Below, piece after piece: positions 55,784 through 60,468 of a DNA stretch of 60,468 nucleotides. The notes beneath the pieces are model-generated. The model was not told the DNA's origin. It was given only the letters and a program-made list of their open reading frames with translations, and did no database searches. The translations under genes and the position numbers were made by a program. Origin of the DNA: a virus (Duplodnaviria; Caudoviricetes); IMG/VR virus record IMGVR_UViG_3300025428_000005, positions 1-60,468 of that record, one strand, 5' to 3'. The stretch's first letter is position 1, and each line of letters starts with the position of its first letter.

Positions 55784-58625
55784 GTATATAGGACCTAAAG
55801 AACTATATACAAGTACACTTTACACAGAATCTACAATTGAAGAATGCTTAGAATGGTTACATACTTTGAGTATGGTATCTCTAGATACTGAAACACAAGG
55901 TTTGTTTGACCATAAAAACCACATAGTAATGCTCCAGTTGTACGATAATCTATCAGATGTAGCATTTGTCATAGATGTAAGACAACAGTCTATAATGCCT
56001 TTAAAAGAGCGTTTAGAGAGTATTATAGTATTAGGGCAAAACCTTAAATTTGACTATAAATTCTTAAAGCTGCATGGTATAGAGTTGAATTACATCTATG
56101 ACACGCTGTTAGGTGAGGCTATCTTAACTACAGGAGTAGAAGATAGAAGGCTTAACCTAAAACATCTTGTAAAGAAGTATTGTGATGTAGAACTAAGTAA
56201 GGAACAACAGACTTCCTTTGTAGGTATGAGTAATGAGCCTTTTACAGAGGCTCAAATAGTTTATGGTATAAAAGATGTCACATATTTGCATAAAATTCGT
56301 GACAAACAACTAGAAGAATTGACTAAATTAGACCTATTAAACCTTGTTAAACTAGAAATGGAGACATGTTTAGTATTAGGTGATATAGAGTATAATGGAT
56401 TTGGTTTAAATGTAGATAAATGGAAAGAATTAGCTAAAAAAGCATTGATAAATGTAAATACTTATCAATTAGAACTAGATTCATTAGCTAAATCAGAGCC
56501 TAATCTACAACAATTTATTCTAAAAAAGGTGCAAGGTAATCTATTTGAAGGTATTGAAGAAGGTTATACAAGAGAAAGAGATGTAAATATTAAATGGACT
56601 AGTGCTAAACAAACACTTAAAGTATTCAAAGAATTAGGATTACCTGTAGATAAAGCTAATGAGAAAATATTAAGTAAATTTCAGAATAATTACCCACTTG
56701 TTAAGAAGTTTATAGACTTTAAAAAACAGACTAAGTTAACAACTACTTATGGTACTAAGTTTTTAGATAATATAAATAGTGTAACAGGTAGAATACATAC
56801 TGAATTTTGGCAGATACTTAATACAGGCAGGATATCTTCAGGTAATAAAAACTCTAAAGGTGCACCTAATATGCAAAATTTGCCTGCTAATAATGATTAT
56901 AGGAACTGTTTTATACCTGCAGAAGGTAATAAGATAGTATCTTGCGATTTTTCTGGTTGACTAAATAAATTGGTATGATTATTGTGGAGTGTACACAAGA
57001 TCTCATACTATATAAATGAAAAAGAAATTTAACGAAGAATACATTGTTGCTGAATACTTAAAAGGTAGACATACTGTAGATATTGCAAATGAATTAGGAA
57101 CTTATAATACATCTATTAGAAGAGTGCTGCTAAGAAATAATATTACGCTTAGAACTTCCTATGATTACTGGAAGCAAAGAGAAAATTCTTTTAAAGATTA
57201 TACTGATAAAACAGTACAATATTGGTTAGGGTTACTTGCTGCAGATGGTAATTTGTCAAAGTCTAGTAATAGAGTTGTATTAGAGCTTCAAGAAAAAGAT
57301 GCTTATCTAGTTAAAAAATTTGCAAAATTCACTAACTCTAAAGTAAAACAAGTGTATAGTAAAGCTTTTGATTGTTATGAGTGTAGATGCTCCTTTAAGG
57401 ATAAAGATATACATACCACTTTGTCAGGTTACGGAGTAGTTCCTATGAAAAGTAAAATTTTAGAAATGAAAATTCCTATAACATTTGACTTTATAAGAGG
57501 AGTTATTGATGGTGATGGTTCTGTAGGATCACAGCCTAACAATAGAGTTAAAGTTACAATAGCAACAGCTTCTACTATATTCAAACAACAAATAGTAAAC
57601 TTTTTAGAAGACAATAATATACATTGTACAGTATACTCTAATAAATCACTACATATTATAGGTGTTTATTCACAAGATGCTATACTAAAGTTGTACCATC
57701 ATTTATATAATGGATCTTCTCTATATCTTAAACGTAAGAAAGAGAAATATGGCCCTCTTTTAAAGAAATTTAAAAAGATGCAACATCCTCAAATTCAGGG
57801 AACTTGATCGAGAATCCTGAGCCAAGACTAGAAATAGTAAGGTGCAGAGACTAGACGGGGATGGTCTAAGTAGGTAATAACCTATATGATTAAGGTATAG
57901 TCCAACTAGAACAAAACTAGTTGCAGGAATTAAGAATCGCAGCATTTGTATCAAAAGAACCATTTTGGATAGATGCATTCATTAACAAAAGAGATTTGCA
58001 TGAAGAAGTGGCATCTATGGTGTTTGGAGTTGACATAAGTGAAGTAAGATCTAAACCTGATTTTCTACGTGGTAAATCATACCGAGATGTAGCTAAAACA
58101 GTTAATTTTTCTTTATTATATGGTAGCTCTAAATTCAAACTAGCAGATACCTTAAGTATATCTGTAGAAGAAGCAGATTCTATCATGAAAAAATACTTTG
58201 TTAACTTACCAAAAATAAATGAATACCTTACAACAGCATCTACTGTAGGATTAAGAGATCTTCAAATACGTACTTGTAAACCTTTTAGAATGATTAGATT
58301 CTTTAAAGACCCGCAAGGAGATAAAAAAGCTATAGGTACTATAGAAAGAGCTTCTAAGAATACAGTAATTCAAGGTACAGGCGCTCAAATGACTAAACTA
58401 GCAATGTGTTATATACGAAGGTATATTAAACAGCATAACCTACAAGATAAAGTAAAAATAGTTATGACTGTACATGATCAAGTAGATTGTGAAGTAGCTG
58501 CGGATTATGCAGAAGAATGGTCTAAAATACAACAAGGTATAATGCAACAAGCAGGTCAAGTTATAGTAGGTAATGTATTACCTATTACATCTGACATAAC
58601 AATTGGTGATTATTGGCAAAAATAA
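55773..58625 (+). CDS. polA: Family A DNA polymerase with 3'-5' exonuclease; exons 55773-56957 and 57924-58625 (628 aa spliced)
   Basis: Exo motifs LDTET, NLKFD and YGIKDV; TGRISS and PNMQN; motif A restored by splicing as CDFSG|QELR; motif B RDVAKTVNFSLLYG; motif C VHDQ. Confidence 0.93.
56958..57923 (+). mobile_element. Group I intron (IC3-like core), 966 nt, in polA motif A
   Basis: 5' exon ends in U, intron ends in G; core CATCCTC-AAATTCAGGGAAC..AATCCTGAGCCAAG..AAGGTGCAGAGACTAGACGGGGATG..AAGGTATAGTCC; P3, P7 (GACTA/TAGTC) and a terminal CAACTAG/CTAGTTG stem. Confidence 0.92.
57016..57807 (+). CDS. Intron-encoded double-motif LAGLIDADG homing endonuclease with N-terminal HTH
   Basis: YWLGLLAADGN and FIRGVIDGDGS; IANELGTYNTSIRRVL; YLKRKKEKY. 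Confidence 0.9.
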   Translation: MKKKFNEEYIVAEYLKGRHTVDIANELGTYNTSIRRVLLRNNITLRTSYDYWKQRENSFKDYTDKTVQYWLGLLAADGNLSKSSNRVVLELQEKDAYLVKKFAKFTNSKVKQVYSKAFDCYECRCSFKDKDIHTTLSGYGVVPMKSKILEMKIPITFDFIRGVIDGDGSVGSQPNNRVKVTIATASTIFKQQIVNFLEDNNIHCTVYSNKSLHIIGVYSQDAILKLYHHLYNGSSLYLKRKKEKYGPLLKKFKKMQHPQIQGT

Positions 58626-58630
58626 AACAT

Positions 58631-58909
58631 ATGGATCAAGATTTTGAAGATACATTAGGTAGAGCTATAAAGAAAGGAGATATCTTAGTAGTAGCATGTG
58701 GGAATAGTTTAGATGTAGTAGTATTTATATGTTTAAGAGGTAGGAATATGGTTAACTATAACTTAAGATGGTATTCTATTAATCAGAATAAATCACCTAG
58801 TAAAAAGACTTATCTATCTCATCATCTGCATAAACTATTAATAGTATCACCTGATACTTTAAATGAAGAAAAACGTAAAGAGTATGAATATATAAAACAA
58901 TATTTATGA
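58631..58909 (+). CDS. Hypothetical protein, paralogue 1 (start likely ATG 58631)
   Basis: DTLGRAIKKGDILV. Confidence 0.6.
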   Translation: MDQDFEDTLGRAIKKGDILVVACGNSLDVVVFICLRGRNMVNYNLRWYSINQNKSPSKKTYLSHHLHKLLIVSPDTLNEEKRKEYEYIKQYL

Positions 58910-59166
58910 AACTAGACATGTTTAATAGAGAAATACACGTAGGAAATTTGTTTATCAAATCTTCAGCGTATAGTGCAGAACCTGGTATATACATAGGTAA
59001 TAATTGTTGGTATAACCTAAAGTTTGGATCTGTAAGAGCTAATGGTATACCTAGGAAATACGCACTTAATAACGTAGGTACTAGTAGATTAATTAAAATA
59101 GATAAATCTATGTTAACAGGTGATTATCTTAAAAAATATGAGCAATGGATAAAAATGGTCAAATAG
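58906..59166 (+). CDS. Hypothetical protein, paralogue 2
   Basis: DMFNREIHVGNLFI. Confidence 0.6.
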   Translation: MKLDMFNREIHVGNLFIKSSAYSAEPGIYIGNNCWYNLKFGSVRANGIPRKYALNNVGTSRLIKIDKSMLTGDYLKKYEQWIKMVK

Positions 59167-59426
59167 ATGTGTATGGTACACCTATTATGCCTGGAGATCT
59201 TATAGCATATGCTAATGGAACAGATCTTAAATTTTCTATAGTAGTGAAGCATACTAATTGCGGAATGACTGTACAGAACTTTTACACTAGTGTAGGTTTA
59301 AGCTTAAGTAATATTAAAAGATTTTCTACAGATTTAATACGTCTAGACGTAAATAAACTTTCGTCAATTTATAAAATGTTTTACAATAATACATTAACAT
59401 TTCTTAAAAAAGAAGGTAAGTTATGA
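59145..59426 (+). CDS. Hypothetical protein, paralogue 3
   Basis: DVYGTPIMPGDLIA. Confidence 0.6.
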   Translation: MDKNGQIDVYGTPIMPGDLIAYANGTDLKFSIVVKHTNCGMTVQNFYTSVGLSLSNIKRFSTDLIRLDVNKLSSIYKMFYNNTLTFLKKEGKL

Positions 59427-59725
59427 ATAATATACAAATTAAAGATTACTTTGAATAAGTATGTCAACCTGGAGATTTGATCGCTGTATGTAAAAAAACT
59501 TATCTAATTGCTGGTATATTACACAGTCAAACAAAGAGCGGTAAGCCTAGATTCTATAGTTTAAGTAATTATAGTAAAGAAAGGTTACATGGTCCAATAA
59601 ATGAGTATCTTAAAACATCTTCTAATGAAGAGTTTGTAAGGTTAAGTGAATTCAACTTTCCGTTAGACATTCAACATGTTGTAATAGACAGTCGTAATTT
59701 TTTAAAATCTAAACAATTATTATGA
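59423..59725 (+). pseudogene. Paralogue 4, interrupted by an in-frame TAA at 59456-59458
   Basis: ATGA overlap at 59423; reads MNNIQIKDYFE*VCQPGDLIAVCKK in frame with the track ORF at 59477. Confidence 0.6.
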
Positions 59726-60468
59726 GTTTAATAGACATAGAAAAAAATAAAGTAAATGGTGCTGAAGGCATTAAACGTGTTATAGATGAGAATGCTTATA
59801 GTTTAATTATAGACACTGTAAGTATAGACCAATATAAGTACGTAGAGGCAAGTATCGTACGAGAATTAAGCTCGAATGCCGTAGACTCACAAAAAGAAAA
59901 GCTACAAGCTGTTGATATATTAACAGGTAAAGCTAAAGTAGAAGATTATTACATTACACGTGATGATCCTAAATATAAATCTAGTAATTTTGATCAAACT
60001 TATTACGATCTAAATCATCTTAATCTACAAAATAATGTTGTAGAATTAGAGTATGTTTGTGATCCTAAAGGTATGGGTTGGTGTGATAAGTTTATAGTTA
60101 GAGATTACGGTGTAGGATTAGGTGATAGTAGATTATATGGATATACAAGTATTGGCTTTTCTACAAAGCGTAACAATACTACTCAACTTGGGGCCTATGG
60201 ATATGGGGCCAAGGTAGGATTAGCTTTACGTAATGATTATTATCTTACAACAACTGTACATAATGGTAGGAAGTTTAAATTCCAATCGTATAGTTATAAG
60301 ATAGTAAGCCTTATAGATAGGTTTAATTCTAATGGTACTGAAAATCCACATATTGTGTTTCCAGATGGATCACAAATCTACTACGAAGTTACAAGTGAGT
60401 TAAACTTCACTGAAATAACTGTACCTTGTAAAAGACATCACAAAGAGAAATTCATTCAAGCTGTACAA
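59722..60468 (+). CDS. rIIA-like GHKL (Hsp90-type) ATPase, truncated at the right edge
   Basis: IVRELSSNAVDS, VRDYGVGL and STKR...LGAYGYGAK GHKL motifs; not in the ORF track. Confidence 0.8.
   Translation, partial: MSLIDIEKNKVNGAEGIKRVIDENAYSLIIDTVSIDQYKYVEASIVRELSSNAVDSQKEKLQAVDILTGKAKVEDYYITRDDPKYKSSNFDQTYYDLNHLNLQNNVVELEYVCDPKGMGWCDKFIVRDYGVGLGDSRLYGYTSIGFSTKRNNTTQLGAYGYGAKVGLALRNDYYLTTTVHNGRKFKFQSYSYKIVSLIDRFNSNGTENPHIVFPDGSQIYYEVTSELNFTEITVPCKRHHKEKFIQAVQ

Noticed and set aside
57921-58625. Independent polymerase C-terminal gene starting at TTG, or an intein
   Set aside because: TTG is the intron's last three nucleotides; the insert has in-frame stops, its ORF is in another frame, and it has a group I core
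45538-58994. Minus-strand or alternate-frame ORFs at 45538, 45599, 50897, 53597, 57429, 57760, 57917 and 58797
   Set aside because: Shadows of the plus-strand genes or the intron
1-60468. Genome-wide stop-codon reassignment
   Set aside because: Long genes are uninterrupted in the standard code, TAG and TGA both end genes, no suppressor tRNA was seen, and the two internal stops found are isolated and of different types

Overview
Fragment of an AT-rich, crAss-like (Crassvirales-type) phage genome that probably infects a Bacteroidota host and uses the standard genetic code. The minus strand (1-44790) holds the late/virion module: terminase, portal, scaffold-like protein, major capsid protein, ring/tail/fibre genes, an M15 endolysin with a holin, a patatin phospholipase cassette, tail tube and stabiliser, and three ejection/cargo genes. 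The last of these is a giant ORF (7110 to <1, missing from the ORF track) carrying a histidine-phosphatase domain and a zincin HExxH domain. Late genes are preceded by Bacteroidota-type -33/-7 promoters. After a strand switch near 45 kb, the plus strand holds many small early genes, a tRNA-CAU (probably Ile2), an aberrant tRNA-like element, three broken genes, a family A DNA polymerase split by an IC3-like group I intron encoding a LAGLIDADG endonuclease, and a truncated rIIA-like GHKL ATPase. Assignments come from motif reading and gene order only; no database searches were run.
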